A stretch of DNA of 64,000 bases from Pristiophorus japonicus (lineage: Eukaryota), in contig NC_091999.1 in assembly GCF_044704955.1 (NCBI RefSeq), positions 38,564,001 through 38,628,000 of the forward strand, read 5' to 3'. Shown here piece after piece: positions 1-11,300 of this stretch. The position numbers and the translations under genes were made by a program. Under the pieces are notes generated by a model. It was not told the origin of the DNA. It worked only from the letters and a program-made list of their open reading frames with translations, and made no database searches. How positions within the stretch are numbered: position 1 is the stretch's first letter; each line of letters starts with the position of its first letter.

Positions 1-35
1 GAATTTGTCCCTCTGTATATTATACTAGACCCTGT

Positions 36-1593
36 ATAGAAACATAGAAACATAGAAAATAGGTGCAGGAGAAGGCCATTCGGCCCTTCTAGCCTGCAAC
101 GCCATTCAATGAGTTCATGGCTGAACATGCAACTTCAGTACCCCATTCCTGCTTTCTCACCATACCCCTTGATTCCCCTAGTAGTAAGGACTTCATCTCA
201 CTCCTTTTTGAATATATTTAGTGAATTGGCCTCAACAACTTTCTCTGGTAGAAAATTCCACAGGTTCACCACTCTCTGGGTGAAGAAATTCCTCCTCATC
301 TCGGTCCTAAATGGCTTCCCCCTTGTCCTTAGACTGTGTCCCCTGGTTCTGGACTTCCCCAACATTGGGAACATTCTTCCTGCATCTAACCTGTCTAACC
401 CCGTCAGAATTTTAAACGTTTCTTTGAGGTCCCCTCTCATTCTTCTGAACTCCAGTGAATACAAGGCCAGTTGATCCAATCTTTCTTGATAGGTCAGTCC
501 CGCCATCCCGAGAATCAGTCTGCTGAACCTTCGCTGCACTCCCTCAAAAGTAAGAATGTCCTTCCTCAGGTTAGGAGACCAAAACTGTACACAATACTCC
601 AGGTGTGGCCTCACCAAGGCCCTGTACAATTGTAGCAACACGTCCCTGCTCTTGTACTCAAATCCCCTCGCTATGAAGACCAACATGCCATTTGCTTTCT
701 TAACCGCCTGCTGTACCTGCATGCCAACCTTCAATGACTGATGTACCATGACACCCAGGTCTCTTTGCACCTCCCCTTTTCCTAATCTGTCACCATTCAG
801 ATAATAGTCTGTCTCTCTGTTTTTACCACCAAAGTGGATAACCTTACATTTATCCACATTATTCTTCATCTGCCATGCATGTGCCCACTCACCTAACCTA
901 TCCAAGTCGCTCTGCAGCCTCATAGAATCCTCCGTGCAGCTCACACTGCCACCCAACTTAGTGTCATCCGCAAATTTGGATTTACTACATTTAATCCCAT
1001 CGTCTAAATCATTAATGTACAGTGTAAACAGCTGGGGCTCCAGCACAGAACCTTGCGGTACCCCACTAGTCACTGCCTGCCATTCTGAAAGGTCCCCATT
1101 TACTCCTACTCTTTGCTTCCTGTCTGACAACCAGTTCTCAATCCATGTCAGCACACTACCCCCAATCCCATGTGCTTTAACTTTGCACATTAATCTCTTG
1201 TGTGGGACCTTGTCGAAAGCCTTCTGTAAGTCCAAATATACCACATCAACTGGTTCTCCCTTGTCCACTCTACTGGAAACATCCTCAAAAAATTCCAGAA
1301 GATTTGTCAAGCATGATTTCCCTTTCGCAACTCCATGCTGACTTGGACCTATCATATTACCTCTTTCCAAATGCACTGCTATGACATCCTTAATAATCGA
1401 TTCCATCATTTTACCCACTACCGATGTCAGGCTGACCGGTCTGTAATTCCCTGTTTTCTCTCTCCCTCCTTTTTTAAAAAGTGGGGTTACATTGGCTACC
1501 CTCCACTCCATAGGAACTGATCCAGATTCAATGGAATGTTGGAAAATGACTGTCAATGCATCCACTATTTCCAAGGCCACCTCCTTAAGTACT
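36..1593 (-). mobile_element. CR1 LINE, 5'-truncated young copy (RT domain to 3' tail)
   Basis: ORF 198..1580(-) has CR1 RT motifs (YRPVSLTS, GVPQGSVL, FADDTKL, HLEYCVQFWSP); (ACATAGAA)n tail at the left end; 8-bp target-site duplication GACCCTGT at 28-35 and 1594-1601. Confidence 0.95.
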
Positions 1594-1730
1594 GACCCTG
1601 TCTCTTTTTACATTAAACTGAATGCTGTCTCTGTTTTTTTACACTCGGCCCAGTCTCTGTTTATATTACGCCAGGCACTGTCTCTGTTTATATTATCCTC
1701 GACACTGTCTCTCTTTTTATTACACAGATC
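1594..1730. repeat. Degenerate ~27-bp minisatellite (ctgtctctgtttatattac...) interrupted by the CR1 insertion
   Basis: Recurrent tctctgtttatatta units; a similar unit lies at 1-35 on the other side of the CR1. Confidence 0.6.
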
Positions 1731-2559
1731 ATCTTTCATTTTCAAATATATATCATTTCCCGATTTGAAAGTTATAATTGAATCTGCTGCCATCACCCTT
1801 TCAGACAATACATTCCAGGTTATTACAACTCGCTGCATAAAAAATCTCCTTATCTCCCATCTTTTATTTATTTTATCAATCATCTTAATCTTTGTCCTCT
1901 GGTTAGTCCTGCCGATGGAAACCCTACCTTCCTATCAACACTATGAAACCCCTTCACAATTTTGAAAACCTCTGTTAATTCCGCCTTAAGCATTCCCTGC
2001 TATAATAAGAATAATCCCATCCTCTCTCGTGTCTACATAATTGAACTTCCTCATGCCTTGCAGCAATCTCCTCTGCATCCTCGGCAACAGCCCGACAATC
2101 TTCCTAAAGTGTGCATTGAAATAATGCTATCTTTCTTTGCCCTTCAGATTATTTCGAAGGATACATGCTCCTTTCAAATTTGACTAACTGAGAAGTAATC
2201 TGAGCATTAATTATATTGTTAAAATGCTATTACTTGTGTTGACAATGCAGACGGTGACTGAAATGCTCAGCCACATGACTCATCTTTCAATATGATCACT
2301 GACGCCACCTGCTGATAAAGGATATCAGCTGTAGGCCCCAGAGCTTAATTTAAACATGATTCACAATTCCAACCACTATAACGTACTTGAACGTTTACGC
2401 AGAGGATTTGTTTTTAGAGCGAACCACAAGAGGTGCAGATGATCAAAAAGTATCAAGGGCGGAATTTGCAAAATGATTTTGCAAATTCACCTTCAGTTCA
2501 TAATACAGAGCCGTCAGATTAGATAAACTTCCATAATGAATAAAAACCTGACAGGAAAA

Positions 2560-3320
2560 ATGGTGCAAATGTGGCTAACAAAGGAAATTAAAGATAGTAT
2601 TCAATTAATTGAACTTGCGTAGAATGTTGACAAAACCAGTAGTAAGCCCGAAAATTGGGAAGATATTAGAATTCTGCAAAAGATGCACATGCAACTGATA
2701 ATATGGGAGAAAATATAAAATTAAATAAGCTATCAAAAACCTAAAAACAGACTGTTTGTACTTCTACACGTGTATAGAAAGATGACTTAAATTAGTGTAC
2801 TTTACAAAACAAAGTTAGGTAGGACAGTAAACAGTGAGGAGCAAGTAAGGAGGCCGCAAAGGCATATTGACAAGGTAGGTGAGTGGGCAAGGACATGACA
2901 GATTGAATATAATGTGGAGAAGTGTGAAGTTACGCATTTTGATAGGACAAATAGAAACGCAGAATATTTTTTGGATGCTGTGAAAGTGGGTAATGTTGCT
3001 ACTCAGAAAGACCTGGATGGGCTTGTACACGAATCACAGAAAGCTAACATAGAGCCAAAGTGACCAATTAGGAAAGCAAATGGTAAGCAACATTTTATTG
3101 CAAAAGGATTGGAGTATTAGAGCAAAGAAGCCTTTATGCACTTCTATAGGGCGCTGCTGAGACTACACCTGGTGTATTGTGTGCAGTTTATTTCTCCTAA
3201 ACTAAGGAAGGATATACTTGCCTTAGAGGGAGTGCATCAAAGGTGCATCAGCCTGATTCCTGGGATGGCGGAGCAGGGGTCGGGGGGGTGGGGCGGCGGC
3301 TGTCCTATGAGGAGAGATTG
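2560..3320 (+). mobile_element. Old degraded CR1 ORF2 fragments
   Basis: Remnant motifs such as YRALLRLHLVYCVQFISPKLRKDILALEGV (ORF 3136..3345) and YNVEKCEV; many stops. Confidence 0.8.
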
Positions 3321-3349
3321 TGTATCTAAGGACCATATTTTCTAGAAAA

Positions 3350-3955
3350 TCAGAACATAAGAACATAAGAATTGGGAGCAGGAGTAGGCCATACGGTTCC
3401 TCGAGCATGTCCCATCATTCAACGGGATCATAGCTGAACTTCTACCTCAACTGCACTTCCCTGCACTATCCACATATCTAAATGGAAACATATGCAGGGC
3501 TTCGGAGAAAGGGCGTGGGTTTGGCACAATTGTACAAAGTACTTCAAATGTGGTATCACCAAGTTTAGCATAACTTTTGCACTTTTCAATTCTATCCCTC
3601 TAGAAATAAACCCGCGTGCATGTTTCCTTCTTTTTATGGAATTATTAATTGTGTTGCTACTTTTAATGATGTGTGTATTTGCACTCTCAGAGACTTTGGT
3701 TCCTCCATCTCACTAGGATTCTTATTTTATAAGTGATAAGTGACCTTATTTTTCTTACCAAAACATAATACCTCATAATTATCTGTGTTGAAATTAATTA
3801 GTCAATTCATGCATTCTTGCAATTCGTAGCAGTGTTCCACAGTATTTAAACCCCGACCCGCCCCCCACTCGTGCATTTGAAAATTTAGAAATTGTGTTTT
3901 CGACTCCAAAATCTAAATCATTAATAGAAAATGTGAACAGTCGTAGACCCAGCAC
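3350..3955 (-). mobile_element. CR1 3' tail fragment plus older CR1 RT fragment
   Basis: (AGAACATA)n tail and aggagtaggccat 3' UTR motif at ~3350-3480; VLGLRLFTFSINDLDFGVENTISKF RT remnant up to the gap. Confidence 0.7.
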
Positions 3956-4164
3956 NNNNNNNNNNNNNNNNNNNNNNNNNNNNNNNNNNNNNNNNNNNNN
4001 NNNNNNNNNNNNNNNNNNNNNNNNNNNNNNNNNNNNNNNNNNNNNNNNNNNNNNNNNNNNNNNNNNNNNNNNNNNNNNNNNNNNNNNNNNNNNNNNNNNN
4101 NNNNNNNNNNNNNNNNNNNNNNNNNNNNNNNNNNNNNNNNNNNNNNNNNNNNNNNNNNNNNNNN
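3956..4164. other. Assembly gap (run of N)
   Basis: 209 consecutive N. Confidence 0.99.
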
Positions 4165-5573
4165 CGGTACTGAGACTCCAGCTGACTGCCACTACTGACA
4201 TTGTATCTGAGACATTGGATATATTTCCTTTCCTGGGATATGGGAACAGTTACACACATTTACATGTCGAAAAAAATTAAACTTAACTCCAGTACTGTTA
4301 CTGGGCAGATGTGTATAAAAATGTGTATTTTGATAATGTAAAGGTTTTAAAGTTGGCTTCCAGGTATGCGGTCAGTAGTGAGAAAACAGACCTTTGATGG
4401 ACTGCACAGAACCCCACATGCTTCATGTAAATGACACTGGTGTTCGATGCTCGCTGACGGCAGTCGGTTGGGTTACTGCCAAAAGTTGTGTGGTTCAGAT
4501 TAGCGTGAACAAGAATGGGAGAAAGATCGTATTTAAATGTTTGAACATTAAATTATTCAGTAGCACTTTTAAAACAAGAAATATTTTACATGGTATAACA
4601 TCTCGAGAATGATTGTCCGTAAATTTCATGCTCACCATTTTATAAAATAGGATTGGAAAATAATGAATTGATCCACACGGTATCGACTGTAAACTATTTC
4701 CAAATAAAGACCATTCTAGACATCCAGTCCCGTTAATCAGTACAGCATGAAGTACTGGAGTGAGGTTTAATGGCCCCACCCTACACTGCAGAGAGATGAG
4801 TGAGATTCGCAAAGTAACTAAAACAGATTTAATTGCTTTGAATATTCTCACAGAGAAGTGCCAGCTGCACTTCTTTAATATTCTCACAGAATTCTGCGCC
4901 TGGTCTAAACTAATGTCTCCATTATTCCTCATTAGTAGCCGCGCAGTGTGCGGTGTAATTTGAGCTGATTTGGATCCCTGAATAACCCCTCTCATAGCCC
5001 GGCTACCATTGGGTTGTGAAATGCCCAGATTGTGATCTGTTTCTGCTGGAGATGAAGCATTTGTTCCTGTGATATTCTGTAACACACCGCTATGTCCTGA
5101 TACACCGTGTTCCTGTTACCCGTGTCTGTTACACATTCGGTCGCTGTTAAAGTTAGCTGCAAGGGTTTGGATGTCGAGGTTTGCTGATCACATTATCGGT
5201 TCTGATTCAAAAGTTTCTCTCATAAAACACTGGTCAGAAGCGGGCACACCTTTCTTATGTGTCTCCTTCAACAGCTGTGCTTAGTGATCAGGCAAGCGGA
5301 TTCATTTTACAGCTAATTTTATAAAGGACTGTCTGGGGTTCGCAGACTAATGGGCAGTTAGTGAAATGCAATGAGAATAAATTGTATAATGTGAGAAGTA
5401 TGATCTCATCTCCAGACCAAAAGTGTGTAGCTTTAGCCAAGTGCACCGTAAATAGAATCACATTACATAGAAACATAGACACATAGAAACATAGAAAATA
5501 GGTGCAGGAGTAGGCCATTCGGCCCTTCTAGCCTGCACCGCCATTCAATGAGTTCATGGCTGAACATTCAACT

Positions 5574-8479
5574 TCAGTACCCCATTCCTGCTTTCTCGCC
5601 ATACTCCTTGATCCCCCTAGTACTAAGGACCTCATCTATCTCCTTTTTGAATATATTTAGTGAATTGGCCTCAATAACTTTCTATGGTAGAGAATTCCAC
5701 AGGTTCACCACTCTCTGGGTGAAGAAGTTCCTCCGCATCTCGGTCCTAAATGGCTTACCCCTTATCCTTAGACTGTGACCTCTGGTTATGGACTTCCCCA
5801 ACATTGGGAACATTCTTCCTGCATCTAACCTGTCTAACCCCGTCAGAATTTTAAATGTTTCTATGAGGTCCCCTCTCATTCTTCTGAACTCCAGTGAATA
5901 CAAGCCCAGTTGATCCAGTCTTTCTTGATAGGTCAGTCCCGCCATCCTGGGAATCAGTCTGGTGAACCGTCGCTGCACTCCCTCAATAGCAAGAATGTCC
6001 TTTCTCAGGTTAGGAGACCAAAACTGTACACAATACTCCAGGTGTGGCCTCACCAATGCCCTGTACAACTGTAGCAACACATCCCTGCCCCTGTACTCAA
6101 ATCCCCTTGCTATGAAGGCCAACATGCCATTTGCTTTCTTAACCGCCTGCTGCACCTGCATGCCAACCTTCAATGACTGATGTACCATGACACCCAGGTC
6201 TTTTTGCACCTCCCCTTTTCCTAATCTGTCACCATTCAGATAATATTCTGTCTCTCTGTTTTTACCACCAAAGTGGATAACCTCACATTTATCCACATTA
6301 TACTTCATCTGCCATGCATTTGCCCACTCACCTAACATATCCAAGTCGCTCTCCAGCCTAACAGCATCCTCCTCGCAGCTCACACTGCCACCCAACTCAG
6401 TGTCATCCGCAAATTTGGAGATAATACATTTAATCCCCTCATCTAAATCATTAATGTACAGTGTAAACAGCTGGGGCCCCAGCACAGAACCTTGCGTTAC
6501 CCCACTAGTCACTGCCTGCCATTCTGAAAAGTACCCATTTACTCCGACTCTTTGTTTCCTGTCTGACAACCAGTTCTCAATCCATGTCAGTACACTACCC
6601 CCAATCCCATGTGCTCTAACTTTGCGCATCAATCTCTTGTGTGGGACCTTGTCGAACGCCTTCTGAAAGTCCAAATATACCACATCAACTGGTTCTCCCT
6701 TATCCACTCTACTGGAAACATCCTCAAAAAATTCCAGAAGATTTGTCAAGCATGATTTCCCTTTCACAAATCCATGCTGACTTGGACCTATCATGTCACC
6801 TCTTTCCAAATGCACTGCTGTGACATCCTTAATAATTGATTCCATCATTTTACCCACTACCGATGTCAGACTGACCGGTCTATAATTCCCTTTTTGCTCT
6901 CTCCTTCCTTTTTTAAAAAGTGGGGTTACATTGGCTACCCTCCACTCCATAGGAACTCATCCAGATTCAATGGAATGTTGGAAAATGACTGTCAACGCAT
7001 CCACTATTTCCAAGGCCACCTCCTTAAGTACTCTGGGATGCAGTCCATCAGGCCCTGGGGATTTATCGGCCTTCCATCCCATCAATTTCCCCAACACAAT
7101 TTCCCGGCTAATAAGGATTTCCCTCAGATCCTCCTCCTTACTCGACTCCCCGACCCCTTTTTTAACCGGAAGGTTGTTCGTGTCCTCCTTCGTGAATACC
7201 GAACCAAAGTACTTGTTCAATTGGTCCGCCATTTCTTTGTTCCCCGTTATGACTTCCCCTGATTCTGACTGTAGGGGACCTACGTTTGTCTTTATGAACC
7301 TTTTTCTCTTTACATATCTATAGAATCTTTTGCAATCCGTCGTAATGCTCCCTGCAAGCTTCTTCTCATACTCCATTTTCCCTGCCCTAATCAAACCCTT
7401 TGTCCTCCTCTGCTGAGTTCTAAATTTCTCCCAGTCCCCAGATTCGCTGCTATTATTGGCCAATTTGTATGCCACTTCCTTGGCTTTAATACTATCCCTG
7501 ATTTCCCTTGATAGCCACGGTTGAGCCACCTTCCCTTTTTTATTTTTATGCCAGACATGAATGTACAATTGTTGTAGTTCATCCATGCGGTCTCTAAATG
7601 TCTGCCATTGCCCATCCACAGTCAACCCCTTAAGTATCATTCGCCAATCCATCCCAGCCAATTCACGCCTCATAACTTCAAAGTTAGCCTTCTTTAAGTT
7701 CTGGACCATGGTCTCTGAATTAACTGTTTTATTCTCCATCCCAATGCAGAATTCCACCATATTATGGTCACTCTTCCCCAAGGGGCCTCGCACAACGAGA
7801 TTGCTAATTAACCCTCTCTCATTACATAACACCCAGTCTAAGATGGCCTCCCCCCTAGTTGGTTCCTCGACATGTTGGTCTAAAAAACCATCCCTTATGC
7901 ACTCCAGAAAATCCTTCTCCACCGTATTGCTTCCAGTTTGGTTAGCCCAATCTATGTGCATATTAAAGTCACCCATTATAACTGCTGCACCTTTATTGCA
8001 CGCACCCCTAATTTCATGTTTGATGCCTCCCCAACATCACTACTACTGTTTGGAGGTCTGTACACAACTCCCACTAACGTTTTTTGCCCTTTAGTGTTCT
8101 GCAGCTCTACCCATAGAGATTCCACATCATCCAAGCTAATGTCCTTCCTACCTATTGCCTTAATCTCCTCCTTAACCAGCAATGCTACCCCACCTCCTTT
8201 TTCTTTTATTCTATCCTTCCTGAATGTTGAATACCCCTGGATGTTGAGTTCCCAGCCCTGATCATCCTGGAGCCACGTCTCCGTAATCCCAATCACATCA
8301 TATTTTTTAACATCTATTTGCACAGTTAATTCATCCACCTTATTGCGGATACTCCTTGCATTAAGACACAAAGCCTTTAGGCTTGTTTTTTTAACACCCT
8401 CTGTCCTTTTAGAATTTTGCTGTACAATGGCCCTTTTTGTTCTTTGCCTTGGGTTTCTCTGCCCTCCACTTTTCCTCAT
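5574..8479 (-). pseudogene. CR1 ORF2 (APE endonuclease + reverse transcriptase), disrupted
   Basis: Split into ORFs 7976..8479 (LCLNARSIRNK, GITETW), 6957..7976 (GDFN, SDH) and 5682..6950 (RT). One 1-nt frameshift near 8025 and in-frame stops at 6957-6959 and 5682-5684. Confidence 0.9.
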
Positions 8480-8556
8480 CTCCTTTCTGTCATATGTTTT
8501 TGCCTCCTTTTTGTTTCCCTCTATTTCCCTGCATTGGTTCCCATCCCCCTGCCATA

Positions 8557-9504
8557 TTAGTTGAACTCCTCCCCAACAGCACTAGCAAACACTCCCCCGA
8601 GGACATTGGTTCCGGTCCTGCCCAAGTGCAGACCGTCCGGTTTGTACTGGTCCCACCTCCCCCAGAACCGGTTCCAATGCCCCAGGAATTTGAATCCCTC
8701 CCTGCTGCACCATTGCTCAAGCCACGTATTCATCTGAGCTCTCCTGCGATTCCTACTCTGACTAGCACGTGGCACTGGTAGCAATCCCGAGATTACTACT
8801 TTTGAGGTCCTACTTTTTAATTTAGCTCCTAGCTTCTTAAGTTCATTTCGTAGGAACTCATCCCTTTTTTTACCTATGTCTTTGGTACCAACGTGCACCA
8901 CGACAACTGGCTGTTCTCCCTCCCTTTTTAGAATGTCCTGCACCCGCTCCGAGACATCCTTGACCCTTTCACCAGGGAGGCAACATACCATCCTGGAGTC
9001 TCGGTTGCGACCGCAGAAACGCCTATCTATTCCCCTTACAATTGAATCCCCTATCACTATCGCTCGCCCATTCTTTTTCCTGCCCTCCTGTGCAACAGAG
9101 CCAGCCACGGTGCCATGAACTTGGCTGCTGCTGCCCGCTCCTGATGAGTCATCCCCCTCAACAGCACTCAAAGCAGTGTATCTGTTTTGCAGTGGGATGA
9201 CCACAGGGGACCCCTGCACTACCTTCCTTGCACTACTCTTCCTGCTGGTCTTCCATTCCCTCGCTGGCTGTGGACCCTTCTCCTGCGGTAAGACCAACTC
9301 GCTACACGTGATACTCACGTCGTTCTCAGCATCGTGGATGCTCCAGAGTGAATCCACCTTCAGCTCCAACTCCGCAACGCGGACCGTCAGTAGCCGGAGG
9401 TGGACACACTTTCCGCACATGTAGTCGTCAGGGACACTGGTTTTGTCCTCGTGTTCCCACATGGTACAGGAGGAGCATATCACGTGACCGAGCTGTCCTG
9501 CCAT
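8557..9504 (-). CDS. CR1 ORF1 protein (zinc finger / coiled coil / SGNH esterase-like), 315 aa, intact
   Basis: CSSC...CGKC zinc finger, LTVRVAELELKVDSL zipper, VIGDSIVR and DGLHL esterase motifs typical of CR1 ORF1. Confidence 0.9.
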   Translation of the reverse strand: MAGQLGHVICSSCTMWEHEDKTSVPDDYMCGKCVHLRLLTVRVAELELKVDSLWSIHDAENDVSITCSELVLPQEKGPQPAREWKTSRKSSARKVVQGSPVVIPLQNRYTALSAVEGDDSSGAGSSSQVHGTVAGSVAQEGRKKNGRAIVIGDSIVRGIDRRFCGRNRDSRMVCCLPGERVKDVSERVQDILKREGEQPVVVVHVGTKDIGKKRDEFLRNELKKLGAKLKSRTSKVVISGLLPVPRASQSRNRRRAQMNTWLEQWCSREGFKFLGHWNRFWGRWDQYKPDGLHLGRTGTNVLGGVFASAVGEEFN

Positions 9505-9684
9505 GACTCAACCCTTAGATACACTTAAATTGCCGACAACAATGTTAAAAGTTACTGACTAAAAAGAAAAAGAAAAACTACTCACCAATCAGCAGCCAAT
9601 CACTTCCCACGTTGGCTGTGACGTCACCTATTGATTTCTTTCTACTTCTTTTTTGACTTCTCTCAGCTGGAGCTGCACAAGTAC

Positions 9685-9863
9685 GCCTCTCTCGACTCCC
9701 GCCTCTCTCGACGCTCTCCGGACTGCTGAGCCTTTTATAGGCCGCTGCCTCTCTCGACTCCCGCGTCTCTCGACGCTCCCCGGACTGCTGAGCCTTTTAT
9801 AGGCCGCTGCCTCTCTCGACTCCCGCGTCTCCCGACGCTCCCCGGACTGCTGAGCCTTTTATA
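9685..9863 (-). repeat. Three tandem 62-bp monomers in the CR1 5' UTR, each with a - strand TATAAAAGG box
   Basis: Units start at 9685, 9747 and 9809 (gcctctctcgactcccgc...gagccttttatag). Confidence 0.9.
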
Positions 9864-10112
9864 CCCATCTTTTATACCCATCTCCAGCACTCGGTTACAT
9901 AGAGTGATAAAAATTCAGATTATAGGGGATACTTTATTGGTACAGATGCATGGATATATAGCAGGAGATGGAGAAACACAAACTGGTCGTGTCTTTAGAA
10001 CCTGATAATGTATTTCAATCTCAGAGATTCACGACCCTGTGAAGCAGTGAGGAAATAAATTGATTTTATTTACAGTCCAGATGTGAGTCCATTCTGTTGG
10101 TGATGTGGAAGG

Positions 10113-10195
10113 AGTGACGTGGACCCAGAATCCGCCTCTATCAGGGAATCAACGGGCGGCGCCTGTAACCTCGCCCCCACCTCCCGGGTATTTAA
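10113..10195 (+). promoter_or_regulatory. Putative VH promoter: CRE/TCR-decamer-like AGTGACGTGG (10113-10122) and TATA-like TATTTAA (10189-10195)
   Basis: Lies about 95-175 bp upstream of the leader ATG. Shark VH promoters are known to lack the octamer and carry a TCR-like decamer; no ATGCAAAT seen here. Confidence 0.6.
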
Positions 10196-10287
10196 CTGCC
10201 GGTCACTGGGACCGCAATACAACAGTCTGGGAGTGCGTTTGCCCAGTGAGTTCTTGCCGAAATCATTCACCACACATTGCCAGGAGG

Positions 10288-10333
10288 ATGAGGTCGGCTA
10301 TTTCTCTCAGTCTGTTGCTGGCTTTCTTTTCCC
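10288..10333 (+). CDS. IGHV: IgH leader exon (MRSAISLSLLLAFFS)
   Basis: ATG at 10288, hydrophobic signal peptide, phase-1 donor GTGAGT at 10334. Confidence 0.92.
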
Positions 10334-10458
10334 GTGAGTAGTTTTTATTGTCCAAGTCTTTCATTGTTCCTGTCTCAGTGTTAGTCTCTCTGGAATGTTA
10401 CAGAATTAGGAATCGTTTCACCAGGATTGATCCTCGGGGTTTTTGATTATTTCTACAG

Positions 10459-10763
10459 GTGTCCAGTCGGATATGGTGTTGACTCAGCCCGAGGCAGAGA
10501 CCAGGATTCCCGGGGGCTCCCTGAGACTGACCTGTAAAACCAGCGGCTTAGATCTTGGTGGCAGCTACATGTACTGGGTCCGCCACGTTCCCGGACAGGG
10601 GCTGGAGTGGCTGATTAGATATTACAGTTCATCGGATAAGCATTACACCCCGGGGACTGAGGGCCGATTTACTGTGTCCAAAGATACTTCAAGCAACATC
10701 TTCGCGTTGGACATGAAGAAACTGCGGAGCGAAGACACCGCCATCTATTACTGTGCAAGGCAC
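10459..10763 (+). CDS. IGHV: VH exon, shark IgM type, open frame
   Basis: Acceptor tttctacag at 10450-10458; [13 protein letters not shown]...LTCKTSG...[12 protein letters not shown]...RFTVSKD...[10 protein letters not shown] with conserved Cys, Trp and Cys. Confidence 0.96.
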
Positions 10764-10802
10764 CACAGCGAGAGGAACCAGGGCTTGACCCGTACAAGAA
10801 CA
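10764..10802 (+). promoter_or_regulatory. VH recombination signal sequence, 23-bp spacer
   Basis: CACAGCG (10764-10770), 23 nt, ACAAGAACA (10794-10802). Confidence 0.93.
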
Positions 10803-11207
10803 GATCGAGGGGGAATTCAATAACGTCCATCATAACCTGACGGTCAGTAATTGTGTCAAATGCAATGATAACGGCATTGTTCAAAACCAGACCACAAACC
10901 GCTTCTTACAAAACTAAGACACTGATAATTCAATGGTGAAAATATAACACTGTAACCAATGTACTGAGGGAGGTTTCGGTTGTGCTCCTGTTTAATGTTA
11001 ACAGTGTCAACAATTGCCCAGCTGGACATGATGCTCGATTCACTGTGCCTGATACCTGCAGGGAGCTGGTGAGAACTGTGTTCTCCTTCTATTTGTTCTA
11101 CAAACTGTTGGCTAAATTCTAAACTTGATAAGAAGCGAATTTGTATTTGAAGTGCATGTGTATTTCGAATGAATGTTGAGAATCAGTACTGAGCAGAGAC
11201 TGAATGC

Positions 11208-11235
11208 AATATTTGTACGGGTTCCTATCACTGTG
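11208..11235 (-). promoter_or_regulatory. 12-bp-spacer RSS (D-type 5' signal) in front of the J-containing segment
   Basis: AATATTTGT (11208-11216; ACAAATATT on -), 12 nt ACGGGTTCCTAT, CACTGTG (11229-11235). No nonamer at the 22- or 23-spacer positions. Confidence 0.85.
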
Positions 11236-11300
11236 GGACCACGGGAATAAGGACGCCATGGGCTACTGGGGACCAGGGACCATGGTGACGGTGATTGCAG
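11236..11300 (+). CDS. IGHJ: Pre-joined D(D)-JH segment (DHGNKDAMGYWGPGTMVTVIA)
   Basis: WGxG J motif, phase-1 donor GTAAGG at 11301; 65 nt long, longer than a typical JH, and preceded by a 12-RSS. Confidence 0.85.

Larger units (their letters stand above)
5464..9894 (-). mobile_element. Full-length CR1 LINE (5' UTR with monomers, intact ORF1, disrupted ORF2, 3' tail)
   Basis: ORF1, endonuclease and RT in order on the - strand; (ACATAGAA)n tail; putative TSD TTACATAGA at 5463-5471 and 9895-9903; nearly identical to the copy at 36-1593. Confidence 0.95.

Noticed and set aside
3794-4280. ORFs spanning 3794-4280
   Set aside because: Artefacts of reading through the N gap.
4495-5085. 196-aa ORF on the - strand
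   Set aside because: No recognisable domain or splice context; likely a chance ORF.
109-9424. Numerous + strand ORFs overlapping the CR1 copies
   Set aside because: Antisense shadows of CR1 ORFs, repeated in each copy.
11041-11047. Second CACTGTG heptamer between VH and DJ as a possible D-segment RSS
   Set aside because: No nonamer at 12- or 23-bp spacing and no downstream CACAGTG to close a D segment.
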